From positions 14,393 through 78,392 of the forward strand of contig JACCXN010000035.1 of NCBI GenBank assembly GCA_013696965.1: 64,000 nt of DNA, given 5' to 3'. The DNA is from Bacteroidota bacterium (lineage in GTDB: Bacteria; Bacteroidota; Bacteroidia; JACCXN01). The translations under genes were made by a program, and so were the position numbers. The notes beneath the pieces are model-generated. The model was not told the origin of the DNA. It did not search any database and saw only the letters and a program-made list of their open reading frames with translations. Positions 46,365 through 55,915 of this stretch are shown here, piece by piece (the first letter of the stretch is position 1; each line of letters starts with the position of its first letter).

Positions 46365-46775
46365 TTGAAAAAAAATGGCCGGATTTTTCATTCTCTTATT
46401 GAGATCAATGAAAACACAATGAAAAAAAGCCTGATTATTTTCACTATACTTATCCCATTAATTGTAATGGTAATTGCATTTAATTGTAGAAATAAAAAAC
46501 CTGATTCGATCAAGAATATAAATCCATTTAAATATGCTGCTCTAAGTGTAGAAACCTTTCATATAAAGGATAAAGGATGGGGATTTGATATTTATGTAAA
46601 TGGCAAAGCATTTATTCATCATGAAAAACCCCAGTTAAGTTCTCTTGAGGGATATGCAAATGAACAAGATGCTGTAAAAGTTTCAAAACTTGTAATAAGC
46701 AAAATCAGATCAAACAAGTTACCACCTGTTATTTCCTTTTATGAATTAGATAGTTTAGACATTAGGTATAAATAA
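46365..46775 (+). CDS. DUF4907-like small membrane-anchored protein; probable start at MKKSLIIF (about nt 46419)
   Basis: Single TM anchor, then ...HIKDKGWGFDIYVNGKAFIHHEKPQ...GYANEQDAVKVSKLVISKI, which resembles the conserved GWGYDIY...G...FATKEDAEKVGKLVI core of DUF4907. Confidence 0.5.
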   Translation: MKKNGRIFHSLIEINENTMKKSLIIFTILIPLIVMVIAFNCRNKKPDSIKNINPFKYAALSVETFHIKDKGWGFDIYVNGKAFIHHEKPQLSSLEGYANEQDAVKVSKLVISKIRSNKLPPVISFYELDSLDIRYK

Positions 46776-46952
46776 AGAATAAAACAAAGAAATATAAAGG
46801 GTTAGGAATAAGTATTTTCTATAGCTGTTGCTAGTATACTAATAATTTGAAGATAATTGCAATAATTGAATTTAGGATGAACTAATGAAAGAGGAATTTA
46901 CTAACAATGTCCCAACGATATTTTTTTTTAAAAAAAATTTAATTCGAACTAT

Positions 46953-47363
46953 CTATTTAAAATTTTCTGTCTTAATATCATGCCTAGCAATTTTATAGTT
47001 GCCATCTTCCTTAATAATGGAAAATTTTTCAATTGAAGTGACTCTTGCATACTTAATTTTATAAGTAAGGTTCAATTTAACCTGTTCGGCAAATTCAGCT
47101 GTTTGTTCCGCTTCAATTAGCTCATAGGATTTTAAAATCCCCATTGCATTTCTTAGCATTTTTAATTTTTCGGTTCTATCTTCTAATGATTCACCCGAAT
47201 TTAAAGAAACAGTGTATAAATTCGAAACATTTTCATATTCTTCTAATTTAATAAAATTAATAAGAGTTTCAACGGCCTGTTCAGCCTTGGGTTGATCTAT
47301 ATTTTCTGTTTCACAAGCAACAATTGAAAAGGCAATTAAAATAACAACAAGTAATTTTTTCAT
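46953..47363 (-). CDS. hypothetical lipoprotein
   Basis: 136 aa, lipobox SIVAC. No recognisable family. Confidence 0.35.
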   Translation of the reverse strand: MKKLLVVILIAFSIVACETENIDQPKAEQAVETLINFIKLEEYENVSNLYTVSLNSGESLEDRTEKLKMLRNAMGILKSYELIEAEQTAEFAEQVKLNLTYKIKYARVTSIEKFSIIKEDGNYKIARHDIKTENFK

Positions 47364-47464
47364 AGGAACAAGAGTTGAATATGTTAGATAAAATGTAATT
47401 AATCTGAATTTAATAAAAAATTATTAAACTTTAATGAACCAATTACACGCAATGTATTTTAAAT

Positions 47465-47803
47465 CTAATCCTGGTTCTGTTTTAGAATAATGTTTTCTTC
47501 CTGGGAATGTTTTCTATCCAATAAAAATGGACCGAATGGAACCAGAGAAGCCAAAACAGCTAAAATTCCTTTTAACAAAGACCATTTATTAGCAAAAAAA
47601 ACATGGGTTAAAGCAGCAAGATACAAAACGAACAAAATTCCATGAATCCATCCCGTATACTTTACTGCTAAAGGTATATCAGCATAATATTTTAGGGGCA
47701 TGGCAATAAAAAGGAGCAGCAGAAAGGAGATACCCTCCAGTAGGGCAATCAAACGAAACCTGCCAATTGAAGTATTTGAAAATTCAAATTTCATGCATTC
47801 CAT
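47465..47803 (-). CDS. DUF3817-like integral membrane protein
   Basis: 112 aa with three TM helices. FRLIALLEGISFLLLLFIAMPLKY...GWIHGILFVLY fits the DUF3817 pattern. Confidence 0.55.
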   Translation of the reverse strand: MECMKFEFSNTSIGRFRLIALLEGISFLLLLFIAMPLKYYADIPLAVKYTGWIHGILFVLYLAALTHVFFANKWSLLKGILAVLASLVPFGPFLLDRKHSQEENIILKQNQD

Positions 47804-48077
47804 ATTTTTACTTTTATTTATAACTAATAGGTATTTAAAATAGAAGATTCTATTTTAAATTACCATTAATTAAAGAGGATTGTGTAAAGTTAATGTTTTT
47901 AGAAAGGAAACGAAAAAACCGAAAATGTATTTAAAGAGAAATTAAAGCATTTCTTGGGCTGTCACCTTAACTTATAATAGAGTTGAGAATTGAGTTTGTT
48001 ATATTTTTCCTTCTTTAAACCTTTTTGATAAAGGGTTTATCCAACCAATTTTAAATATTTCACTTTTCTTTTGCTAT

Positions 48078-48353
48078 TCATTTGGGTAAGTCATCTGACT
48101 TTGTTTTGCCCATCTCCTTTGTTTTCAGCGTAATAATCTTATCCTCTTTTCTGTTTTTTTCTGTTTTTATAACAGAATTTTCAATGGATCCGATTTTACC
48201 TATGTAGTTTTCCTTTTTCATTATTACAGCAGTTGTAATAAAAAGTACTATTAAAATGAATCCTAGAATTAAAATAATTGCTTCCATGGATAAATTTATT
48301 TGTGCTATTTCACCTGAAATTTTAGAATAACTTTTGTCCTGATATATAAACAT
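48078..48353 (-). CDS. hypothetical small single-TM protein
   Basis: 91 aa with one TM helix (AIILILGFILIVLFITTAVIM). Weak evidence that it is coding. Confidence 0.25.
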   Translation of the reverse strand: MFIYQDKSYSKISGEIAQINLSMEAIILILGFILIVLFITTAVIMKKENYIGKIGSIENSVIKTEKNRKEDKIITLKTKEMGKTKSDDLPK

Positions 48354-49004
48354 CCGATTGATTTTAAGTTGAATAGCTAATGTGTATTTTTAATTTACAG
48401 GATACTAATAAGGTTAATGAAGGATAGTTTAAAATAATTTGTCAAATATACTTTTGCCAACAGTAATCTTGAATTTTTCCCCTGAAATGTTATATTTTGA
48501 TCGCAACTTATTTGTAAAAATTGAAAAATCAGAGATAATATCCTTCAGAATTAGTTCGTCTAATTGACCATCGTAATTTTCGATTTCAAATCTGATTAAT
48601 TTTTTAAAGGAGTGATTATTTTCCTTATCCATAATTGCATTTTTTTTAATTGTTGTTACAAATTCAGTACTAAAAACAAAAATTCATATTAAATGCTTGT
48701 TTTGGAAGGCCAAAGAGTTCTAATGGTGGAAAAATATCCGCAAGTAGTGGAATTTATTCCGCACAAATTTTAACTCTTGAATTTTCTATTTCTACTTAAA
48801 ATGAAATTTAATCATCACTAAATCAATTTATTAGCGATAATTGCAAGGTTTTTATTACATGGGAATGGATATTGACCTTCCCTATTTTGAATTGCTAAAC
48901 CTCATATTGCAAAAATCATCAAGGTTTTTACGTCTAAAAAAAAACTGAGTAATGGTTTTTTAAGCAATTTGTATTAATACGGAAGCAATAAATAAATAGG
49001 ACTA

Positions 49005-50435
49005 ATGAAAACTAAGAAAAATAAGCTTACTGATTCTTTTCAGTTGCTAAATCCAACTGAGCGCCTAATAAATAAGAAAAAGGCAGAAATGATGGGAAAG
49101 GCCAATAGAGGCAATCTGGATATGCTTATCCATGAATTGCATGTATATCAAGTTGAACTTGAAATTCAGAATGAGGAATTGAAAAGGGCAAAAAAAGAGA
49201 TCGAAATTTCTAGAAATAAATATGCCGATTTATATGATTTTTCTCCTATTGGATATTTTACTTTTGATCAGGAAGGGTTTATTCAGGAGGTAAATTTGGC
49301 TGCCAGTAAAATTCTTAGAATAAACAGAGATTTTTTAATTCATAAAATGTTTCACATTTACATTGTTCCTGAATTTTGGGATGATTTCAATGATTTTTTA
49401 AAAGAAACCATGCAAAGTGATGTAAAGCAGACTTGTGAAATCCAGATGCTAAATAAAGATGGTGAGGTTTTCCATGCTCAATTAGAAGGAATTAAAATTA
49501 GTGGAAATGGAAATAATCCCGATTGCTTCAGGGCTGCACTTATCGATATTACGGATAGAAAAATAGCTGAGAAAGCATTGAAAAAAAACACCCATGAATT
49601 GCTATTTAATAAAAAACTACTTGAACGAAAATCCCTTGAACTTGCTCAGGTATTTATTCAACTCGCAAAGTCTGAAAGGGATTTAAGGGAATTGAATGTT
49701 AACAAGGATAAGTTTTTTGCAATCATAGCCCATGATTTAAGAAATCCCTTCTCAGTTATGCTTGGTCTAACAAATATCCTTGTCAATGATTATGAACAAA
49801 TGGATAAAAGGCAGGTATTAGAGATTCATCAAAAATTAGATTTAACAGTAAACAGAGTTTATTCATTGTTGAATAATTTATTAAAATGGTCAGTTATTCA
49901 GTTTGGAAAAATAGATTATAAGCCAGAAGAAATAAATCTTAATGAATTAATAGTAGAAAGTTTAAAATTACTGCAACATTATGCTGAGAACAAGCAAATA
50001 ACAGTTAAAACCACGGTTGATGAAAATATTGCTGTAGTCGCAGATAAGAATATGTTGGAATCCGTGATTCAAAATTTAATAACAAATGCCATAAAATTCA
50101 CAGCCATTGGAGGTGACGTTCGAATTGAGGCAACTGAGAAAGAAAAATTCACTAAAATAAGTGTTTTGGATACAGGGGAGGGCCTGGATAAAAAAACCTT
50201 AATTAATTTATTTAGAATAGATAAGAAAAACAGTACCAATGGCACTTCAAATGAATCAGGTACAGGTTTAGGTTTGATTTTATGCAAAGAGCTAATAGAA
50301 ATACAGGGTGGAAAGATTTGGGCAGAAAGTGAACCAGGAAAGGGTGGAAAGTTTTCTTTCACATTGCCCAAGAGTGATGAAATACCCAAAATAACTAAGG
50401 AGTTAAAGGCTAAAATAAACAAAAAAACAATTTGA
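49005..50435 (+). CDS. cytoplasmic PAS-domain sensor histidine kinase
   Basis: 476 aa with no TM segment. Coiled-coil. PAS block (YDFSPIGYFTFDQEGFIQEVNLAASKIL). HisKA H-box FFAIIAHDLRNP. HATPase_c N, G1 and G2 boxes (LITNAIKFT, DTGEGL, GTGLGL). Confidence 0.85.
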   Translation: MKTKKNKLTDSFQLLNPTERLINKKKAEMMGKANRGNLDMLIHELHVYQVELEIQNEELKRAKKEIEISRNKYADLYDFSPIGYFTFDQEGFIQEVNLAASKILRINRDFLIHKMFHIYIVPEFWDDFNDFLKETMQSDVKQTCEIQMLNKDGEVFHAQLEGIKISGNGNNPDCFRAALIDITDRKIAEKALKKNTHELLFNKKLLERKSLELAQVFIQLAKSERDLRELNVNKDKFFAIIAHDLRNPFSVMLGLTNILVNDYEQMDKRQVLEIHQKLDLTVNRVYSLLNNLLKWSVIQFGKIDYKPEEINLNELIVESLKLLQHYAENKQITVKTTVDENIAVVADKNMLESVIQNLITNAIKFTAIGGDVRIEATEKEKFTKISVLDTGEGLDKKTLINLFRIDKKNSTNGTSNESGTGLGLILCKELIEIQGGKIWAESEPGKGGKFSFTLPKSDEIPKITKELKAKINKKTI

Positions 50436-50653
50436 AAAAGACATAAATTTTACTTAGTTGTTTTCCCCACATTGTTCTTATTTTACACATCTTGAGGAGT
50501 TTTTTTCCCATAAAATGCAGGCATTGATTCTTTGTTTAAATGCATTTGAAAAATGTAACTTCTTATTTGATAGAATCTTAAAAATTAGTTTAAAGGATAG
50601 TTTAAAAAGGCATAGTATTGTAATAAAAAAGAACTTAATCTAGAAAAACATTA

Positions 50654-53191
50654 ATGGTGTATAAATCCCAGGAGGAAATAGAAATGAATAAAGATATTAT
50701 TCTTGAAAAAGTGCTTGAAGAAAGCATGGTTGAAGTTTTAGAAAAAACTATTTTAAACAATTCAAACAATTCAATTACTTCATTAAAAAAAGAAAAAACA
50801 CATGCCCCGGGTTGGCCAGGCATTGCTCCAAGATGGACATCAGCAGATAAAAACGGAGTAGGTACATCCCTAAACGTTGCCAGTAAAGTTTGGTTTACCA
50901 TGAGCCATGGAACCATTAATGAAATTTATTATCCCCAAGTTGATCAAGCTTGCACCAGAGATATGGAATTTATTGTAACTGATGGTAAAAAATTCTTTTC
51001 TGAAGAAAAAAGAAATACAAGCCATCATATTGAGTATCTAGCAGAAGGTGTTCCTGGTTTTCGTTTAATTAACACTTGTCATGAAGGTAATTACAGAATT
51101 GAGAAAGAAATTATTACTGATCCTTACAGGGATACTTTTTTACAACGAATAAAATTCGTGCCTTTAAAAAAAGATATTTCTGATTATAAACTATTTATTT
51201 TATTAGCTCCACATATCGGGAATTATGGTTCAGGTAATACCGGGTGGACTGGGGATTATAAAGGCATGCCAATGTTGTTTGCCGAAAGAGGTAATGCTCT
51301 TGCCCTTGCGTGCTCAATTCCTTGGTTGAATTATTCTGTTGGTTTTGTGGGAACCTCTGATGGCTGGCAGGACCTTAAAAGCCATAAGTTTATGAAATGG
51401 ATCTACAAGCGGGCAGAAAATGGAAATATCGCCATGATAGCTGAAATTGATTTAAAAGAATCTGAAAAAAGCGAAAGCGAAATCATCATTGCTATAGGAT
51501 TTGGCAGGAATAGCGCTGAAGCAGGACTAAGAGCCAGGTCAAGTATTTTAGAGGGTTTTGATACAGCAAAAAAAGTATATATAAAGGAATGGCTTAACTG
51601 GCAAAAAGATCTTTTTAATTTTAAAACAGCCAAAATATCGGCAAGAGATTTATACCGTGTGAGTACTTCTATTTTAAGAATTCATGAATCAAAAAGACAT
51701 CCAGGAGGTTTTATTGCAAGCTTGTCAATTCCTTGGGGCCATTCACGTGGAGACGATGATTTGGGAGGCTATCATTTGGTCTGGCCAAGAGATTTGGTTC
51801 ATACGGCAGGAGGTTTATTAGCAGCAAAAGCGGATACTGATGCAAGAAGAGTTCTAACTTATTTAATGGTTACGCAGGAGGAAGACGGTCATTGGCCACA
51901 GAATATGTGGATGGATGGTTTTCCCTATTGGACAGGTGTGCAAATGGATCAGGCAGCGAGTCCAATCCTTCTTATAGATTTATCTATTAGAGAAGGCGCT
52001 CTTCAATTAGGAGATTTAAAAAGCCTTTGGCCTATGGTTAAAAAAGCAGCTTCCTATCTTGTTTCTCATGGCCCCACTACCGATCAGTGCAGATGGGAAG
52101 AAAACGCAGGTTACACTCCCTACACACTCGCGGTTGAAATAGCGGCCCTACTAATAGCAGCCGACTGTGCAGAAGTCAATCACCATCCTGAAATAGCAAT
52201 TTATTTACGTGAAACAGCTGATTATTGGAATGAAAGCATAGAAAGATGGACTTATGTTACTGATACTCCATTATCAAGAAGAGTAGGAGTTGAGGGTTAT
52301 TACATTCGTGTTTCCACGGCTGAGAATGGGGATGGTAAATTCCCAAAGGAAGATATAATTACAATAACCAACCGTCCTAAGGGTGCCAATAAAATAAATT
52401 CTAGGGATCTTGTAAGTGTTGATGCACTTGCCTTGGTAAGATTTGGATTAAGGGATGCAAAAGATCAAAGGATACTTAATACTATTAAGGTTATTGATTC
52501 ATTATTAAAAAAGGAAACACCAAGTGGCCCCTGTTGGTACAGATATAATAATGATGGTTATGGAGAGCAAAGTGATGGAACTCCATTTAATGGAACTGGA
52601 ATAGGAAGACCTTGGCCTTTATTATCAGGTGAAAGGGCTCATTACGAAGTAGCAGCAGGAAATTATAAGGGTGCTTATAAATTATTAAAAACCATGGAAA
52701 GTTTCGCAAATGAAGGCGGTATGCTCCCTGAACAAATTTGGGATAGCGAGGATATTCCTTCTAAAGAACTTTTCTTTGGAAAAGCTACCGGTTCTGCCAT
52801 GCCTCTTGCATGGGCGCATGCAGAATACATTAAGCTTTGTCGTTCCATAACCATGAAAAAGGTTTTTGATATGCCCCCACAAACCAAGGAAAGATACATT
52901 GATGAAAAAACAAAATCAACATTTGTAGTGTTCAAATTTAACAGCAAATGTAAAAGAATACCTGCAGGTAAAAATTTCAGGATTGAATCAATGGCCAAAA
53001 TGAAAATAAGATGGACTAATGACAACTGGCAAACTTCAATGGATTCTTATTCATTTGATACGGGACTAAAGGTTCATGTTGTTGATTTAATAACAAATGA
53101 ATTACCAAAAGGAGCAAAAATAATTTTTACATTTTATTGGACAGAATGCAATAAGTGGGAAGGTAAAGATTTTGAAGTGAAAATAGTTTGA
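50654..53191 (+). CDS. glycoside hydrolase family 15 protein (bacterial glucoamylase / glucodextranase type) with N- and C-terminal beta-sandwich extensions
   Basis: 845 aa. Central (alpha/alpha)6 domain with GH15 blocks: GGYHLVWPRDLVHTAG, RWEENAGYTPYTLAVE, LPEQIWDSEDIPS. Confidence 0.85.
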   Translation: MVYKSQEEIEMNKDIILEKVLEESMVEVLEKTILNNSNNSITSLKKEKTHAPGWPGIAPRWTSADKNGVGTSLNVASKVWFTMSHGTINEIYYPQVDQACTRDMEFIVTDGKKFFSEEKRNTSHHIEYLAEGVPGFRLINTCHEGNYRIEKEIITDPYRDTFLQRIKFVPLKKDISDYKLFILLAPHIGNYGSGNTGWTGDYKGMPMLFAERGNALALACSIPWLNYSVGFVGTSDGWQDLKSHKFMKWIYKRAENGNIAMIAEIDLKESEKSESEIIIAIGFGRNSAEAGLRARSSILEGFDTAKKVYIKEWLNWQKDLFNFKTAKISARDLYRVSTSILRIHESKRHPGGFIASLSIPWGHSRGDDDLGGYHLVWPRDLVHTAGGLLAAKADTDARRVLTYLMVTQEEDGHWPQNMWMDGFPYWTGVQMDQAASPILLIDLSIREGALQLGDLKSLWPMVKKAASYLVSHGPTTDQCRWEENAGYTPYTLAVEIAALLIAADCAEVNHHPEIAIYLRETADYWNESIERWTYVTDTPLSRRVGVEGYYIRVSTAENGDGKFPKEDIITITNRPKGANKINSRDLVSVDALALVRFGLRDAKDQRILNTIKVIDSLLKKETPSGPCWYRYNNDGYGEQSDGTPFNGTGIGRPWPLLSGERAHYEVAAGNYKGAYKLLKTMESFANEGGMLPEQIWDSEDIPSKELFFGKATGSAMPLAWAHAEYIKLCRSITMKKVFDMPPQTKERYIDEKTKSTFVVFKFNSKCKRIPAGKNFRIESMAKMKIRWTNDNWQTSMDSYSFDTGLKVHVVDLITNELPKGAKIIFTFYWTECNKWEGKDFEVKIV

Positions 53192-53234
53192 AAGACAATC
53201 AATAAATATAAATAGCTGCTTTAAAAAAGTAATA

Positions 53235-54524
53235 ATGAAAATACCTGAGGTTTTGATGTTAGGGTGGGAATTTCCACCTGTTATAAATGGCGGTTTAGGC
53301 ATTGCTTGTCATGATTTGTCCATCGCTATGGCTGAATTTGCAAATGTTACAATGATTATACCCAAAGCAATACCCGGATTTAATACTGGGAAACTTAATG
53401 TAATTGGATTAAATAACATAGATGTTAATTCATTTGAGGATATTTCAAGGCAAAATGAATATGGTTCTCTCAATGAGATTTACAAAATACCAATGGATCT
53501 TGACCCTTATTATTCTACTGATTACACTTCAGAGAGGAAAACAGGTTATATAAACGAGGTAATAATTCAAGGCAAGAAATACAGTATTTTTGATATTGAC
53601 AACCTTTATGGTGGAGATGTAATCCATAAAGTTATTCAGTTTGGAAATATTGCTGCAAAGTTATCCGAAAGATTGAATTTCGATATCATTCATACCCATG
53701 ATTGGATGACAATGGTAGCAGGTATGGAAATAAAAGCGCGTAGTGGAAAACCACTGGTTATGCATATTCATTCCCTTGAAGTGGACAGGAGCGGGCCCGA
53801 AAGCAAAGGATGGATGTATGATATAGAAAAGCAAGGTATGGAGGCTGCAGATTTGCTAATGCCTGTGAGTAGATTTACTGCTGAAAATATTGTGAAGTAT
53901 TATGGGATTGATCCTGCCAAAATTGTACCAGTTCATAATGGAATAAGACCAGTAGTTCCATTTAAATCTGTAAGACCATATAAGGAGAAAACAGTTTTAT
54001 TTATTGGCAGATTAACCAGGCAGAAAGGTCCAGAATATTTTCTTCAGATTGCCTCTAAAATTTTAAAACACAACCCAGATGTACGTTTTGTTGTGGCAGG
54101 AGCAGGGGAGAGTTTTAGAAAAATGTTGTTGGATAGTTCATATAGCAAAATTGGTAACAGATTTCATTTAACTGGATTTATCAATCAGCAGGAAATAAAA
54201 CATTTACTTTCTATTTCAGATGTGTATTTAATGCCCTCTGTTTCTGAACCATTTGGACTTTCTGCAGTTGAAGCAGCTCAATTTCAGATTCCCTGCGTAA
54301 TTTCCAAGCAGTCCGGAGTTGCTGAGGTTTTATCCGGCTCACTGAAATTTGATTTCTGGGATGTTGACAGAGCTGCTGATTATGTTTTAAATCTAATTGA
54401 TAATCCTATGTTAAATTCAAAGGTTGTTGATGATGCAAATAAAAATCTTAAACTCATAAGTTGGAATTTAACAGCCAAAAAAGTTGTTCAGACTTACCGG
54501 GATTATAAATTTTGCAACAATTAA
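53235..54524 (+). CDS. GT-B glycosyltransferase, glycogen/alpha-glucan synthase-like (GT4/GT5)
   Basis: 429 aa. N-terminal MLGWEFPPVINGGLGIA resembles the glycogen-synthase ExxPxxKxGGLGDV start. The C-terminal Rossmann half carries E...E motifs (PSVSEPFGLSAVEAA). Confidence 0.75.
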   Translation: MKIPEVLMLGWEFPPVINGGLGIACHDLSIAMAEFANVTMIIPKAIPGFNTGKLNVIGLNNIDVNSFEDISRQNEYGSLNEIYKIPMDLDPYYSTDYTSERKTGYINEVIIQGKKYSIFDIDNLYGGDVIHKVIQFGNIAAKLSERLNFDIIHTHDWMTMVAGMEIKARSGKPLVMHIHSLEVDRSGPESKGWMYDIEKQGMEAADLLMPVSRFTAENIVKYYGIDPAKIVPVHNGIRPVVPFKSVRPYKEKTVLFIGRLTRQKGPEYFLQIASKILKHNPDVRFVVAGAGESFRKMLLDSSYSKIGNRFHLTGFINQQEIKHLLSISDVYLMPSVSEPFGLSAVEAAQFQIPCVISKQSGVAEVLSGSLKFDFWDVDRAADYVLNLIDNPMLNSKVVDDANKNLKLISWNLTAKKVVQTYRDYKFCNN

Positions 54525-54567
54525 ATAATAAATAACAGAAATTTTATAACCATTTAATCCAGAACCT

Positions 54568-55803
54568 ATGCCTTCAGTATGTTTTTATTTTCAAGTGCAC
54601 CAACCCTTCAGGTTAAAAAGATATTCGTTTTTTAATATAGGAAATACCCCTATGTATGAAGATGATAAATTAAACAAAGAGGTTCTTGACAAAGTCTCGG
54701 CTAAATGCTATATAAAGACAAATCAGAAAATGCTTGAATTAATTGAGCGTCATAATGGGAAGTTTAAGATCAGTTATTCCATTAGTGGTATGGCTATTGA
54801 ACAATTTGAAAGATACAGACCCGATGTTTTAGAATCCTTTGTAGCCTTGGCTAAAACAGGATGCGTTGAATTTTTAGCTGAAACCTATAACCATTCCCTG
54901 AGTTATTTGTTTTCAAAGGATGAGTTCAAAAGACAGGTTCAAAAACATGAGAAGAAAATTAAAAAATATTTCGGACAAACTCCTAAGGTGTTCAGAAATA
55001 CTGAATTAATCTTTAATAATGAACTTGCAGTTGATATTGAAAAAATGGGTTATAAGGGTATTATTTGTGAAGGAGTTGATAGATTATTAAATGGAAGGTC
55101 TGCAAATTTCCTTTACCAACCTATTGGTACAAGTAAGATAAAAGCATTATTGAAAAATTATAAGCTTTCCGATGATATAGCTTTTCGCTTCTCTGACAAG
55201 AATTGGAGCGAATTTCCATTAACGGCTGATAAATTCAGTCAATGGGCACATACAATTGCAGGGAATGGAGAAGTTATTAATCTTTTTATGGATTATGAAA
55301 CCTTCGGAGAACATCAATGGGAATCCACTGGAGTTTTTGACTTTTTGAATTATATGCCTGAATTCATTTTGAAACACCCTGATTTCGATTTTAAAACTCC
55401 CTCAGAAGTTATTAGCCAGTATCCAGTTAGAGGAGATTACGATGCTCATGATTTTATTTCATGGGCAGATACCGAAAGGGATTTGTCAGCATGGTTAAGT
55501 AATTCATTGCAAGAGGAAGCAATGCAAAGAATTTTTTCTCTGGAGCATTTAGTTAAGGAAGCAGATGATCAGGATCTACTCAATGTTTGGGAAAAACTTC
55601 AAACATCTGACCATTTCTATTATATGTGTACTAAATTTTGGAATGATGGGGATGTACATAAATATTTCAGCCCCTATGATTCTCCCTATGATGCTTACAT
55701 CTATTACATGAATGTGTTTTGCGATTTCGAAACCAGGGTAAAAAATTCAAGCAAGAATAAACTGGTAATGATTCCGCAAGAATTTGAACTTGAACTTGTT
55801 TGA
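54568..55803 (+). CDS. glycoside hydrolase family 57 protein
   Basis: 411 aa. Starts CFYFQVHQPFRLKRY, which is GH57 region I with HQP. Later EFLAETYNH and DYETFGEHQW match the GH57 catalytic regions (the E-x-F-G-E-H nucleophile region). Confidence 0.8.
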   Translation: MPSVCFYFQVHQPFRLKRYSFFNIGNTPMYEDDKLNKEVLDKVSAKCYIKTNQKMLELIERHNGKFKISYSISGMAIEQFERYRPDVLESFVALAKTGCVEFLAETYNHSLSYLFSKDEFKRQVQKHEKKIKKYFGQTPKVFRNTELIFNNELAVDIEKMGYKGIICEGVDRLLNGRSANFLYQPIGTSKIKALLKNYKLSDDIAFRFSDKNWSEFPLTADKFSQWAHTIAGNGEVINLFMDYETFGEHQWESTGVFDFLNYMPEFILKHPDFDFKTPSEVISQYPVRGDYDAHDFISWADTERDLSAWLSNSLQEEAMQRIFSLEHLVKEADDQDLLNVWEKLQTSDHFYYMCTKFWNDGDVHKYFSPYDSPYDAYIYYMNVFCDFETRVKNSSKNKLVMIPQEFELELV

Positions 55804-55915
55804 GAAATGGTTTTAGAATAAGCTTAAAGGATATTTAAAGCACATTTTGAATAAGAATCCTGAATGAAAATCTTAAGAACAATTAATAATATAAACTTTA
55901 TGGGGAGGAAAAATA

